NCBI GenBank assembly: GCA_022184915.1
Contig: JAGTJU010000008.1
Span: forward strand, 6,760 to 70,759
DNA length: 64,000 nucleotides
Source of the DNA: Myxococcales bacterium
GTDB lineage: Bacteria > Myxococcota_A > Polyangia > Fen-1088
Direction of reading: 5' to 3'
This document shows, piece by piece, positions 9,395 through 19,382 of this stretch. The notes beneath the pieces were generated by a model that made no database searches, was not told where the DNA came from, and saw only the letters and a program-made list of their open reading frames with translations. The translations under genes were made by a program, and so were the position numbers. Positions within the stretch are counted from its first letter, which is position 1; the number at the start of each line of letters is the position of its first letter.

Positions 9395-11196
9395 CCAAGT
9401 AGAAATGTCCCCATTCCTGCAAAGTAGGAATGTCCCCTTATGGGTATTGAGGGATGGTAGCACCTTGGGGGCGGCGGGTGCGGAGTCGGCCGATCAGCGG
9501 GCCCCCAATGGCCCGCAGGCCGGCGGACCCGTTGCCATTGAGTTGATGCTCATCGCCGCCCCCCGTCAGCGGCCCTCGCACTAGACTCGGCCGCCTTGGC
9601 TCGGGTTTGGATCTCCAATTGTTCGCGGTCGCGTTTGCGCTGCTTACTGGCGTCGTTGTATCGCTTTCGCCGTGCTTTCTGTTCGGCCTCGAACTTGGCG
9701 AAGAAGTTTGCCATTTCAGTCCCGCATTCAGGTGACCCTTGCGTGGCCGCAATGGCTGAAGCCAGTCGGTCAGTGTTGGGGACTGATGGGATCACATCAG
9801 CAGTACGATTGGTTTCTGCGCGCGACTCGCGTAAGTGCGTTTTTTGTCGAAGCGTAAGTTTTTTCGAGGCCAATCGACGCTGGTCGCGCTCCTCCTGGCC
9901 TGCTCGGATGGTTGAGAGCACGGCGCCAAGCCGCTTGTTCTCGACAATCGCACCGGGAGCCACCAGAGGTTGCTTGTCGAGCACGGTATAGGTCAGAAGA
10001 TGGTTGGCGCAGCGGATCTCGACCTGACCATCCGCCGCTTCGAAGAGGCGCACGCGACGTCCGGCGAGGCTGAGTGATTCTGGGCTGGGCACAATCAGGT
10101 ACGTACGCCGCTGATAATGCACGACCAGGTTGCGCGTCATCGTGCGCTCCTCTTGCCAGGTGAAAACCTCCGAAAGGACTTCGCCTGGTTGCACCGGGCG
10201 GTGCGCATCATGGGGGTTCATCGGCGCATGTGCAAAGCGGCGGTTGTAGTCGACCATGAACTCCGGTGCATACGCGTTTGCGTCCGCCATCGTGCTTATT
10301 TCACGCAGACGCATTTCCTTGACGAGCCGGTCCTGCAAGGTCTTGTTCATGCGCTCGACACGGCCTTTGGCCTGCGGCGTATTGGCGCAGATGATCTCGA
10401 TGTTGAGATCGCCCAGCGCGCGACCGAACTGTGTAACACCGGCGGAACGGCCGCTCGAGCCTTCCTGGTTCACGCGGAAGATGCTGTGTTTGTCGCTGTA
10501 AAACGCCACCGGTTTTCCGTAGTGACTTAGATACGACTGCGTGGCGGCAAAATAGTCGAAGGCCGATTCACTCACCACAAAACGCAGTTCCATCAACCGT
10601 CCCGTCGCATCGTCCACGTAGACCAATGCCGTGCAGCGATCAGCGCGCGCCTCGAACCACTCATGGTCGCAGCCATCAATTTGCACCAGCTCGCCAAGAC
10701 ATTGGCGGCGGTGCCGGGGCTGATGAACACGCCGTTTGCGCTCCCCACGGGTGAGCCACAGTCCGGCCTCAGCGAGCCACCCACGGACAGTCTCACGGCT
10801 CGCGTGTATGCCGTGGATCTCAACGAGCTTCTCGTGCGCCAGCTTCGGCCCGAAATCCGCGTAGCGCTCGCGTACGAGAGCCACAACCATTGCCTTCGTT
10901 TCAGCAGCGAGCTTGCGATTGCTCGGACGCCCTCGCAGCTGCGACGTAAGCCCAGCCAACCCTTGCGCTTTGAACTGCCGGCAAAGGCGCTTTACTTGGC
11001 GTACGCTGAGCCCCAGCAGGCCCGCGGCTTTGGACTGTGTCAGACGCTTCTCGAGTACCCGACGGATCATCTCGCCTCGATCGATCTCTCGGTTGGACAT
11101 GGTTACGAATCCCTTCGGCATGAGTCCACCCATGAGGACGCATAACGCGGCTCAAAGGGGACATTTCTACTTGGGCCGAAGGGGACATTTGAACTT
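9394..11196 (-). mobile_element. IS21-family element (type 1), istA only, no istB
   Basis: Ends are TGTTAGGCCCAAGTAGAAATGTCCCC and (rc) TGTAGCGCCCAAGTTCAAATGTCCCC, i.e. TGT… termini with GACATTT sub-repeats. Flanking CGCCGC direct repeat. Only ~150 bp remain between istA and the end, so an IstB ATPase gene cannot fit. Confidence 0.75.
9550..11133 (-). CDS. istA: IS21-family transposase IstA
   Basis: 527 aa with an N-terminal HTH and DDE core (…VQIDGCDHEWFE… DDATGRLMELRFV…). ~50 % identical to the second IstA at 30071-31606. Confidence 0.85.
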   Translation of the reverse strand: MGGLMPKGFVTMSNREIDRGEMIRRVLEKRLTQSKAAGLLGLSVRQVKRLCRQFKAQGLAGLTSQLRGRPSNRKLAAETKAMVVALVRERYADFGPKLAHEKLVEIHGIHASRETVRGWLAEAGLWLTRGERKRRVHQPRHRRQCLGELVQIDGCDHEWFEARADRCTALVYVDDATGRLMELRFVVSESAFDYFAATQSYLSHYGKPVAFYSDKHSIFRVNQEGSSGRSAGVTQFGRALGDLNIEIICANTPQAKGRVERMNKTLQDRLVKEMRLREISTMADANAYAPEFMVDYNRRFAHAPMNPHDAHRPVQPGEVLSEVFTWQEERTMTRNLVVHYQRRTYLIVPSPESLSLAGRRVRLFEAADGQVEIRCANHLLTYTVLDKQPLVAPGAIVENKRLGAVLSTIRAGQEERDQRRLASKKLTLRQKTHLRESRAETNRTADVIPSVPNTDRLASAIAATQGSPECGTEMANFFAKFEAEQKARRKRYNDASKQRKRDREQLEIQTRAKAAESSARAADGGRR

Positions 11197-11213
11197 GGGC
11201 GCTACACGCCGCT

Positions 11214-11278
11214 ACCCGATATATGAATGTTCTGTCAACTAACGTAAGCCGTCTCGCATCCTCAGCCTTGCTGCCGGG
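11214..11278 (-). repeat. repeat-family copy B
   Basis: The reverse complement reads CCCGGCAGCAAGGCTGAGGATGCGAGACGGCTTACGTTAGTTGACAGAACATTCATATATCGGGT. Confidence 0.7.
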
Positions 11279-11413
11279 ACTGCATCGCTGAGCTCCAAAA
11301 GGTGCTTGTCATGCAGAACATCCTGTCACCGCTCTTCCCGTGAATCTTCCGGCACCTTACATCCCCTGATTCGGCGGAGGTCTTGTGTTCCCGCAATCTC
11401 GGCCACCGGCGCC

Positions 11414-11818
11414 TCAACGCTCTTGCGAACAAGGAGATTCGACGGGGATCCGTAACGATCTCGCGGCTTCATCCAGGCGAACGTCATAAGTCACGAAGGC
11501 GCTGACATCAGACAGGTGCGTAAAGGCCGTCGCAAGGTGGATGGCGTCGAGGCTTCGCAGTACGTCCGGAGGCAGGTTCTCCGCGGTCTCAAGGATCCGA
11601 TCGTCGATTTTGAGTAGGGCAACGGCCGCTAGAACGCCGCGCGCACGATCAAGATGGTCCGGCGCTGCTCGCTTGACAGCTCGAACAAGCTCAACACGCG
11701 CAAGCTGCGACGAGAAGAACGTCTCGCCCGCGCGCAACCTGATCCAAGTTTGCAGCGCTACGGTTTCTGCCTCGCGCACCACGAGCTTCACCAGGGCAGA
11801 GGTGTCGAGATAGATCAC
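11414..11818 (-). CDS. vapC: PIN-domain toxin (VapC-like)
   Basis: 134 aa. MIYLDTSALV… and later D residues fit the PIN fold. ATGA-coupled to the upstream antitoxin. Confidence 0.7.
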   Translation of the reverse strand: MIYLDTSALVKLVVREAETVALQTWIRLRAGETFFSSQLARVELVRAVKRAAPDHLDRARGVLAAVALLKIDDRILETAENLPPDVLRSLDAIHLATAFTHLSDVSAFVTYDVRLDEAARSLRIPVESPCSQER

Positions 11819-12099
11819 GACCGCTCTGCCTGGCGCGCTTGATCGAGCACTTCAGAAAGCGACGGGCCAGTGCCCGAGGGCGGAGGAAGTGGTGTTAACA
11901 GAGCATCCGTAGAGCTGGTTGCAGCGATGGCCCGCCCCTCACTGACGAGCCGGTCGATGACCGATGCGTTGGAGAGAACGGGGACGATACGAGCGATGGG
12001 GCGGCCGTACTCTCGGACTTCAAGCGATTCACCAGCTTTGACCCGCTCAAGCACCTTGGCTGTTTGCTGGTTGAGTTCTGTAACCGAGACAATGGCCAT
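11815..12099 (-). CDS. Phd/YefM-family antitoxin
   Basis: 94 aa. MAIVSVTELNQQTAKVLERV… is the typical Phd/YefM N-terminus. Confidence 0.65.
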   Translation of the reverse strand: MAIVSVTELNQQTAKVLERVKAGESLEVREYGRPIARIVPVLSNASVIDRLVSEGRAIAATSSTDALLTPLPPPSGTGPSLSEVLDQARQAERS

Positions 12100-12162
12100 C
12101 TCGTCAAACTAGTACTTGCTACTAGTTTGGTCAAGAGGTCTGAAGATCGAGGCAGGAAATCA

Positions 12163-12203
12163 CATCGCCAGTGGATAGGAAGTTCAAGCGCGACGACGCC
12201 ATG
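12163..12203 (+). repeat. 5' part of the extended repeat unit (GTGGATAGGAAGTT…GAGTCAGA), interrupted by an IS21 end
   Basis: Matches 41693-41733 of copy G. The IS21 type-2 IRL starts immediately after GAGTCAGA. Confidence 0.4.
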
Positions 12204-12489
12204 AGTCAGATGTCAACGCAAAGTAGAAATGTCCGCTTCTGCAAAGTAGAAATGTCCCGTGCGGCGCGGCGTGGAGGGGGTAGCGGAGGCGGGGTTTTGG
12301 CCACAGATGCACGGCGGGCACGGCCCGCGCGCAGGCAGGTGACGACGTGCGGCTGTGGGCAAGTGCAGGGCCAAAAGCATGCCGCAGCGGGGGTGGTGAG
12401 CTAGGCAAAGGGGCGCGGCACGATAGCGACCGCCCCCCCTCTGCCTCACGGGACTGTTGTGGGGCTCAGCGCCGCCTCGCGGGCTGCAG
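12203..12489 (+). mobile_element. solo left-end fragment (~290 bp) of the type-2 IS21-family element
   Basis: TGTCAACGCAAAGTAGAAATGTCCGC… onward is collinear with 29852-30140, then joins repeat copy C. Confidence 0.55.
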
Positions 12490-12552
12490 CCCGGCAGCAA
12501 GGGAGGATGCAAGGCGGCTTACGTTAGTTGACAGAAGATATTATATCGGGCG
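12490..12552 (+). repeat. repeat-family copy C
   Basis: CCGGCAGCAAGGGAGGATGCAAGGCGGCTTACGTTAGTTGACAGAAGATATTATATCGGGCG. Confidence 0.7.
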
Positions 12553-12559
12553 TTTTTTG

Positions 12560-13822
12560 ATGCGGACGGATGTGGCGCTTAAACTTCCGGTACACTGCGC
12601 GCCCGTGACGTCTCCGATCCGCTCCCCAGGCGGCGAGCCCAAACGCACCGCCCTAGGCTCGCCGCGCACCCCGGTTTCTCTCTGCCTCCGCTCCTGGCGG
12701 GCCCCGTGGGACGCGCCCGGGGGACGCAGAGCTGGTACTCACGGGGGGGGGCGTGCCGGATCCGCGGCTGTTTCCCGACGTGCCGCTCGTGCGCGCCTAC
12801 CGGCGTGTGCTGGCGCGAACAGGGCCCCGATTGCTCGACTATGGCGACGCTCGCGGGGAGGCGCGGCTGCGTGAGGCGCTGGCCCGCATGTTGGCCGAGA
12901 CGCGCGGCCTGGCCGCCACGTCCGACGATGTGCTCCTCATGCGGGCAGCCAGCAGGCGATCTGGCTGGCGGCGCAGGCTCTCTTGCGCCCTGGCGATCGC
13001 GTGGGCGTCGAGACCTACGGCTATCCGCCGGCCATGCAGGCGCTTCTCTCGACGGGTGCCGTGCTCGTGCCCCTGCACGTAGATGCCGAAGGCGTGCGCC
13101 TCGACGAACTCGAACGGGCCCTGGCGGCGGGAGGCCTCGTGGCGGCGTACCTGATACCTCGCCACCAATACCCGACGACGGCCTCGCTCATCGCGCCTCG
13201 TCGCCTGGCCTTGCTCGCGCTCGCCCGGCGGCACCGCTTTGCCCTCATCGAGGATGACTAGTCACACGAGTTTCACTTCACGGGGCGTCCCCGCTTACCC
13301 CTGGCCAGCCAGGACGCGCACGGTGTGGTCATCTACGTCGGCAGCCTGCTGAAGGTTCTAGCCCCAGGGCTGCGCATTGGCTACGCGGTGGCACCCGTGC
13401 CCGTGCTCGAACGCATGGCGGCCCTGCGGACATCCATCGACCGACAGGGCGACAACGTGGCCGAAGCGGCGGTGGCGGAGCTTCTCGAAGATGGTGATCT
13501 GGCCCGCCGTTCGCGTCGCATGCGCCAGGTCTATCAGGCAAGGCGCGACGTGCTGATGACGGCGCTTCGAGACACGCTGGGTGAACGCGTTTCGTTCGAG
13601 GTGCCCCAGGGCGGCATGGCGTTATGGGTACAGGTTCATGGCGACGATCCGGTCGCGTGGGCGAAAAAGGCACGGGAGTGCGGTGTCACGTTCGGCGCGG
13701 GACGCGATTACCACGTGTTTCGCAAGCCCGTGCCGTTCGTTCGCATGGGCTTCACACGCCTCGACGAACGTGAACTGCGGCGGGCGGTACGGTTGGCTGA
13801 AACCGCCTGGGTCGAGGCCTGA
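12560..13822 (+). pseudogene. PLP-dependent aminotransferase (MocR/class-I-like), 5'-truncated, with two frameshifts and an in-frame TAG
   Basis: Three frames carry consecutive pieces of one aminotransferase: …ELVLTGGG / PDPRLFPDVPLVRAYRRVLAR… / GSQQAIWLAAQALLRPGDRVGVETYGYP…IEDD*SHEFHFTG…VIYVGSLLKVLAPGLRIGYAVAP…. The frame changes occur at the G9 run (12743-12751) and near 12945, and there is a TAG at 13259-13261. Confidence 0.6.
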
Positions 13823-13995
13823 ACCTGCCCGAGCTGGCTTCGGGGCAAGCCCTCGACACCCAGAAGCGGAGCCGTTGCGAGCCGGGCGTGCATCACGGGG
13901 CTCGTGCTTGCCGTGCTCGCGCTGCCAGCTTGCCGCCGCGACACCGCACCCTCACCGCCACCTCCTGCGACCAAAAGCGCGCCACCGGCGAACGT

Positions 13996-14037
13996 GAGGC
14001 CCCGAGATTCGTATTCTTTTTTGGCTCGGGGCCCCTC
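13996..14037. other. imperfect 11-bp-stem hairpin between convergent genes (possible bidirectional terminator)
   Basis: GAGGCCCCGAG-(18 nt, T-rich)-CTCGGGGCCCCTC. It lies between the aminotransferase pseudogene (+) and the DinB-family gene (-). Confidence 0.25.
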
Positions 14038-14153
14038 GAGGGCCCGATTTTCGAATTGCAATACCCCCGAAGGGGGCGGGTTGGCCTGTCTGGCTTATTT
14101 CAATTCACCCAGACATGCCGCGTCGCGTGCTGGGCGAATTCAAGATGCTTGCC

Positions 14154-14687
14154 TTACGAAACCGAGGCTGCCTCCTCGCGCAGCATCGCAAAAAGATCCG
14201 TGACGCCCGGGTCACAGCCCTGTTGCGTGAGCAGGGTGGTCACCTGGCCGCGATGGTGAGTTTGGTGGTTGAAGAGATGGGAGACGGCCCACCACAGTGG
14301 CGCCTCCTGCCGCTGTCCAAGCCGCAGGTAGACGAGTGGCCCCGTCAACCTCTCCGGAGTGAGCCCGGCGACCCATGCGGAAAGGGCCTCGTCCGTACGC
14401 CGCCGCTCGAGGCGCAGCTCTTCGAAGCTGCCGTAGAGCTCCTGGTCCAAAGAGCGGATGCCCCCAGGGCCGATGCAGCCGTCGGGCAGGGTCTTACCCT
14501 CAAACCGGGCGAGCCACACTCTATCGGTCAGCAAGAGATGGTTGAGCGTGCCGTGAATCGAGCGGAAGAACGCGCCTGCGTCCTTCTTGCGAACCTCGTC
14601 ACTGAGCGTGGAGGCGCGCTCGAAGAGCTTGTCGTTCATCCAGCGGCTGTATCGCGCAAGGGAACTCAACCATTCGGGGCTCGCCAT
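14154..14687 (-). CDS. DinB/YfiT-like (DinB_2) family protein
   Basis: HLFNHQTHHRGQVTTLL is the DinB-family His-triad helix. Start set at MASPEWLSS. Confidence 0.7.
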   Translation of the reverse strand: MASPEWLSSLARYSRWMNDKLFERASTLSDEVRKKDAGAFFRSIHGTLNHLLLTDRVWLARFEGKTLPDGCIGPGGIRSLDQELYGSFEELRLERRRTDEALSAWVAGLTPERLTGPLVYLRLGQRQEAPLWWAVSHLFNHQTHHRGQVTTLLTQQGCDPGVTDLFAMLREEAASVS

Positions 14688-15198
14688 GGGCACGAGTATA
14701 CCCAGCCTCAGTCGCAAGCGCCGAGACGCTTGAGGCTCCACTTGGGATTGCGCCCGTCGAGACCCGCGACGTTGTCCGGATAGTTCGAGTCTTGCAGCCA
14801 GATCCCCAGTTTCCCACCGGGGTGCTCGTACGTGACCGGCGGCAGGAGCTTGCTCGCGGTTACGCAGTCCTCGAACTCGGCGTAGGCACCGCTGCCCGCA
14901 AAGACCCCGACGTTGCCCGGCAAGCCCACCTTCTTGTCCGCGGTGGAGTCACCCACCAGCCACCAGTTGCAGCAGCCACCAGGTGCGAAGGCGTTGCCCG
15001 TCCAGCCCTGCCCGAGGTTCTATTTGTTGCACCCGTCCACGTAGGACAGCATGGCCGCCGAATGAGCCGCCCCCATCGAGCTTCCCTCCGGGGTCGCCCT
15101 CGTCACCACAACCAGCAGCCCGGGACAGCCTCGGAGAACGCCGAGCCGCCACGCAACGCCGCTGTTCGGCTCTGAGGGCCGGCGCTCATGACGAAGAT

Positions 15199-15909
15199 TC
15201 ACGGGCGTGAGCGCCGCACGCACACCAGGTTGCATCCCGAACCCAAGGGCGGATGCACGGTGCAGGCCCAGCTGCCATTGGCACACGTGCAAGCATTACC
15301 GATCTCGTTGCCACACACGTCGCCCGCCGTGCAGGCCGTCCCCGGTTGGTCGGCAGCGCCGCAGGTTCGCGGGCAGTTCGGCAGGACTTCTTCGGGGCAA
15401 GGATTGGCGCATTGGCTTTGGATGCAGTCGACAGGGGGCGCAGGCGCGCAGTCGCACACGGGCCCGCCGCAGCTGGCCTCCTGATACCCCGTGGCAAGGT
15501 CGTCGAGGGTCGCTTGCGTCAGGCTCTTGTTGACCAGGGCATAGCACCCGCCCAACCCGATTCCGCAGTGGCCGTAGAGCACATGGCAGTCGGCGGCCGC
15601 CTGACAGCTCTTGGCCGCTGAGATGACGGCTGTGTAGCCGTCCCTGCGATCAGTGCAGCTCAGGGTCATCGACCCGTCGACAGGGGCGTCACCGCCCGAT
15701 GAGGATCCATCGACCGCGGCGTCGGCGCCGCAGGCGGGCTCGTACTTGCAGTTCCTATCGAACTGCTGCGTGATCTCATTCCACTCGCAGATTCGGGTGG
15801 TGCGAGTGCAGGCTTTTTCTTCGCTGTCGTCGCAGGCGGGTCCAAGAGCTGAAAGAAGGGCCAGGCCGAGCAACCAAGACGTAGAACGGAGGGTCGACGC
15901 TACGTACAT
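15199..15909 (-). CDS. secreted Cys-rich protein; gene appears disrupted downstream
   Basis: Signal peptide MYVASTLRSTSWLLGLALLSALGPAC with >25 Cys. Downstream frames (15020-15292, 14708-14956) continue with protein-like sequence across one frame change and one in-frame TAG (…YVDGCNK*NLGQGW…), so this is probably a decayed longer gene. Confidence 0.4.
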   Translation of the reverse strand: MYVASTLRSTSWLLGLALLSALGPACDDSEEKACTRTTRICEWNEITQQFDRNCKYEPACGADAAVDGSSSGGDAPVDGSMTLSCTDRRDGYTAVISAAKSCQAAADCHVLYGHCGIGLGGCYALVNKSLTQATLDDLATGYQEASCGGPVCDCAPAPPVDCIQSQCANPCPEEVLPNCPRTCGAADQPGTACTAGDVCGNEIGNACTCANGSWACTVHPPLGSGCNLVCVRRSRP

Positions 15910-16197
15910 GATGACCCGAGGTTAGGCGGCTGCCAGCCGCAAAACAAGCGAGTACGCTCGAACGGTGCCAGGTGATGGTGGAGCGAAGGTCACCCTGTCG
16001 TACAGCGCGTTCGACCCCGACTCATGCCCCGAACGCACTGGCGTGGTTGCCTGGCCCGCCCCGCAAGATCCCGCTCTCGGAACGGTGCACCCCGGTCGAC
16101 TCGAGTGCGGCCAGCCGGTTCCGGGCGAGAGTAGGTTTCTTTACAACGTGCCCGCGCCGGGAGGGAACGCTGGCCAAGGGGCGCCTCCGTGCTCCGT

Positions 16198-17136
16198 TCA
16201 ACGGTGACTGCAAAGCGCGCTTCGAAGCCCGGGCTGTCGCCGAACATCCCCATGACCCCGCAACTCGACCAGTCCAAACGACCAGCGTCCACCTGGATGA
16301 AACCCGATCTCCACCTCGGCAACATCGCCTGGGTCCACGACTGTGCGAGGAAGCTTCGGAAACACGACTTGGCTCCAGTGAGTGGGAGGCGCATTCGGCG
16401 CCGTCGACAGCTCGACGCTGGGAGACAGCCTCGCCCAAAAGGTGCCCATGATGCCGTCCAGAACACCCGGCCTGTCAATTGGGCAGACAACCCTTCGAAG
16501 AAACCTGCCGCTGGTCGATTCGCCGAGCTCGAAGTGCATGAATGGAACGGTCGGTCCCAAGGCCCGGGCCTGTCGACAGGCTTCGACCACGTAGGGCGAT
16601 GCCTCGTTGACCAGCACCGCTTGCTGTAGGCGGCGAAGATCGAAACCAGCGACGTTGGTCCAGCACTGCCCATGCGTAGGCAGCAACCTGTGCCTCAGCC
16701 CTTCGTGCTCGATCGGGGTCAGCGCGAGCGCAAGTTCTTGCGGGATCATGCGGCCGCCAGGCTTGAGAAAACGGCGACGTGCATCGTGAAGGTACTCGAC
16801 GACGAACTCTTCGAGCGCAAACTGTCCGAATAGTTCCGAGACGACGACGTCAGCGCGTTCCGGCAGGTCGACGGCGAGGGAGTTTGCAGAGACCCACACG
16901 ATTCGATCGGCCAACTGGTTGTCTTGCGCGATGGCGCGCCCGAGCTCGCAGTAGGTGCCCTGCTCGATGGCGTAAACGCGTCGTGCCCCGGCCCGGGCAC
17001 AGAGCAGCGAGAGCAGTCCGAATCCGGCCCCCACGTCGACGACCACGTCGCCCTTTCTGACTTGCTCCCGGATCGCGCGGCCGTAAGCATCCGTCCGCTC
17101 GAGGTCGGCCACGTATCGTCCGAACTCACGCAGCAT
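16198..17136 (-). CDS. PRMT-like (protein arginine N-methyltransferase family) class-I SAM methyltransferase
   Basis: Start at internal Met MLREFGRY (TAATG junction with the kinase gene). Motif I VVDVGAGFGLLS, post-I VYAIEQG, double-E loop SELFGQFALEEF and THW-loop THWSQVVF are all in PRMT order. Confidence 0.65.
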   Translation of the reverse strand: MLREFGRYVADLERTDAYGRAIREQVRKGDVVVDVGAGFGLLSLLCARAGARRVYAIEQGTYCELGRAIAQDNQLADRIVWVSANSLAVDLPERADVVVSELFGQFALEEFVVEYLHDARRRFLKPGGRMIPQELALALTPIEHEGLRHRLLPTHGQCWTNVAGFDLRRLQQAVLVNEASPYVVEACRQARALGPTVPFMHFELGESTSGRFLRRVVCPIDRPGVLDGIMGTFWARLSPSVELSTAPNAPPTHWSQVVFPKLPRTVVDPGDVAEVEIGFHPGGRWSFGLVELRGHGDVRRQPGLRSALCSHR

Positions 17137-17756
17137 TACGTCCACTTGACAGCTCCTGGCGGTTTGACGAAGGCCTTGATCGCGCGTGCGTAACGGGACC
17201 AATCCTGGCGACGGGTATCTAGGTGCAAGAAGGGGAGGCGTGTCTTCTTTAGTCCGTCCCATCGGTGCGCCTGCGACCAGCGGACGGCTTCGATTGCAGC
17301 TTCTCGGGAGCCGTACCATGCGTCCATGTCTTGGGCCCACTCCAGCCTGTCGGGGCGCTCTATCGAACGTGTCTCCGCAAGCTCGGAAGGAAAGGTCAAC
17401 AGAACGAGAGAGGCGTCGAGCGCTTCGAGGCGCTCGTCGTATTGGTCGAGAAGTTCCCACCGAGGAAAGAGGGCGTAGGCCGTCAGGTGAAACCGCTCAA
17501 CCAAGAGCAGCCCCGCCGCCCCTTCGTCCCGGTGTCGTTCGATTCTGGCGAGGACCGCGTCGAGGGCCTCAAACCTGGGCCTCTCCCTCCAGGCGGGGTT
17601 GCGCACCTGGTTCATCAGGTCCCCAAGTGTGTCCTCCTCTGGGATGAGCGAGGGTCGATGGGAAAAGCAGCTCTCCATCGCGCGCAGAACCGACGTCTTT
17701 CCCGCCCCCGTGACGCCTTCCAGAATCAGAACGGAGCTCAATTGGGGGCACCCCAC
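17136..17756 (-). CDS. P-loop NTPase/kinase (nucleoside/nucleotide-kinase-like)
   Basis: Walker A ILEGVTGAGKTSVL near the N-terminus. 206 aa. Translationally coupled on both sides. Confidence 0.55.
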   Translation of the reverse strand: MGCPQLSSVLILEGVTGAGKTSVLRAMESCFSHRPSLIPEEDTLGDLMNQVRNPAWRERPRFEALDAVLARIERHRDEGAAGLLLVERFHLTAYALFPRWELLDQYDERLEALDASLVLLTFPSELAETRSIERPDRLEWAQDMDAWYGSREAAIEAVRWSQAHRWDGLKKTRLPFLHLDTRRQDWSRYARAIKAFVKPPGAVKWT

Positions 17757-18532
17757 AGCAGAACGTCGTTGAGACGCGGAACCGCTCGTTCCAGAACGGT
17801 GCGCTCGATCTCACTGAGCTCCGGATGCCAAAGATCCACCAGCATGAGCCCTCTCCAAACGTCGCTCGTGTTGACAGACTCGTGGTAGTAGCTGCTGTCG
17901 GCGGCCATGCATCGTCCATCGATCCAGGTGCGTCGTTGACCCCCGAAGCTGATCCAGGCTCCATCCGAGAACAGGGGCAAGTACAAAGTGACCACGAAAT
18001 TCACCTTGTCACTGTGTTCCTTGATCCGGGAGTGAGGCCCGAGGAAGGACATGAGCGCCTCGCGCGCGGGAGGAACCTCATCGAGGGTGCGCAGCGCAAC
18101 GGGTGCCTCCGCCGCTGTGGAGGGGACGCGGCGAAGGTGGCGTTGCAGGTAGTATCCCCTCCACTCACCCTCGAGCGGCGATTGCGGGTCTTTCGCCGGG
18201 CTGCTGCCAGATCGACCCGGATGTGAACGGAAGACCCACGGCTTGCTCAGAAGCCGCACCGCCTCTTCCCGAATGAGGGGGAACCGGCTCTCGAGACGTC
18301 TCGCGAGCGGAAAGGCATGCGCATCCCACCAAGGCCTCTCTGTGAGCCCTGGTACGTACAGGCGGGAATGCAAGGCGCGTTGAGGGCCTGGGTCGGGTGG
18401 GGTAGCCTCACCCCTGGCCACGGCGAAGAATACCTCGAGCCGCTCGAGTTCGCTCCCAGGATAGCGGGCGCACGACTCGGCCCAAAGTGCGTCGGCAGAG
18501 CGCTTCAATTCGCGGGCTTGATCTCTCATCAC
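17738..18532 (-). CDS. aspartyl/asparaginyl beta-hydroxylase-family Fe(II)/2OG oxygenase
   Basis: GYYLQRHL…HSDKVNFVVTLYLPL…GAWISFGGQRRTWIDGRCMAADSSYYHESVN…LVDLWHPEL follows the Asp_Arg_Hydrox (AspH/LpxO-like) cupin pattern. Confidence 0.7.
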   Translation of the reverse strand: MMRDQARELKRSADALWAESCARYPGSELERLEVFFAVARGEATPPDPGPQRALHSRLYVPGLTERPWWDAHAFPLARRLESRFPLIREEAVRLLSKPWVFRSHPGRSGSSPAKDPQSPLEGEWRGYYLQRHLRRVPSTAAEAPVALRTLDEVPPAREALMSFLGPHSRIKEHSDKVNFVVTLYLPLFSDGAWISFGGQRRTWIDGRCMAADSSYYHESVNTSDVWRGLMLVDLWHPELSEIERTVLERAVPRLNDVLLWGAPN

Positions 18533-18533
18533 A

Positions 18534-19382
18534 TCAAGCCTGTCGGATCAGGTGGTTCACCACGCCTGGACGCACGAGATTGGCATGGAAGGCTGCGTTT
18601 CGCACCTGGAGCCGCTCGCACGGGGGTACGAAGAGCGTGGTGTTGTAGGTAATCTTGTCGCCGCTGGAGGCCAACGCCGCCAGCGGCATCGAGATTCTGA
18701 CCTCCCGGTGAGGGGCACCCATTTCGCACTCGACCAGCTCGACCATGTGACCTGGAGGATAAAACCCCATGAGGTACTCGGCCAAAGGCCGCAGCCGTTC
18801 GGCATGGTTCGGCGTTACGCGGGTGATGAATCCCGACCCAAAGCAACCAACTTGGAAGATCAATAAAGGAACATTGCGCATTGGTTGCAGGGCGTAGGAG
18901 ACCATGCGGTTGGCGTCCAGAACCTGAAGGCCAGTGTTGGCGATGTCAAACGGCATCGTCGTGAGGAGCGTGTCGATGGCAGACAGCGCCGGAAGCACCC
19001 GAACCGAGACGCCGTACTGTGGGGCATGCTCGACGAGAAGATGTGTTGGTGAAACGTAGATGGACGGGTGACCCATCACGACGAGAACCACAGAGGCGTG
19101 GCGCAAACCCTCCCCGATCAGGAACGAAACGATCCGACCGTACACCTCGAGGTCGAGATCCCCTTCGCGATAGAAGTCGATCAAGCTTCGCGTGTTGGCG
19201 TTCAGACGCCGAAGGGCAGCGACAGCTTCCACGCCCGACACGAGGTGATAGACGACGTCAGCCTTCGCGACGACGTCAGCGGTCTCCAAAGTCGTATGGT
19301 GGCTGCCAAGCATCCCGGCGCCGCAAATGATGATCTCGTGCCGTTTGGACATGTTCTTGGTCTCAGTCTTCGGCTCAGGCAT
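18534..19382 (-). CDS. tetrapyrrole-methylase-family (TP_methylase fold) SAM methyltransferase
   Basis: HEIIICGAGMLGSHHTTLETADVVAKADVVYH (the GxGxG…T…A…ADVV opening) and the later VVMGHPSIY (GDP-loop equivalent). 282 aa. Confidence 0.6.
   Translation of the reverse strand: MPEPKTETKNMSKRHEIIICGAGMLGSHHTTLETADVVAKADVVYHLVSGVEAVAALRRLNANTRSLIDFYREGDLDLEVYGRIVSFLIGEGLRHASVVLVVMGHPSIYVSPTHLLVEHAPQYGVSVRVLPALSAIDTLLTTMPFDIANTGLQVLDANRMVSYALQPMRNVPLLIFQVGCFGSGFITRVTPNHAERLRPLAEYLMGFYPPGHMVELVECEMGAPHREVRISMPLAALASSGDKITYNTTLFVPPCERLQVRNAAFHANLVRPGVVNHLIRQA

Noticed and set aside
13904-14203. 99-aa ORF with lipoprotein-like start MLAVLALPAC
   Set aside because: After ~15 residues it becomes Pro/Arg-rich nonsense and overlaps the hairpin region. 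It is probably a chance ORF or at most a dead 5' stub.
14708-15292. Possible FGE-sulfatase (formylglycine-generating enzyme) C-terminal fragment in the disrupted Cys-rich gene
   Set aside because: The weak resemblance (GNAF…NWWLVGD vs GNVWEWT.DWY) is not accompanied by the RVLRGGSW…GFRCA motif, so it was not called.
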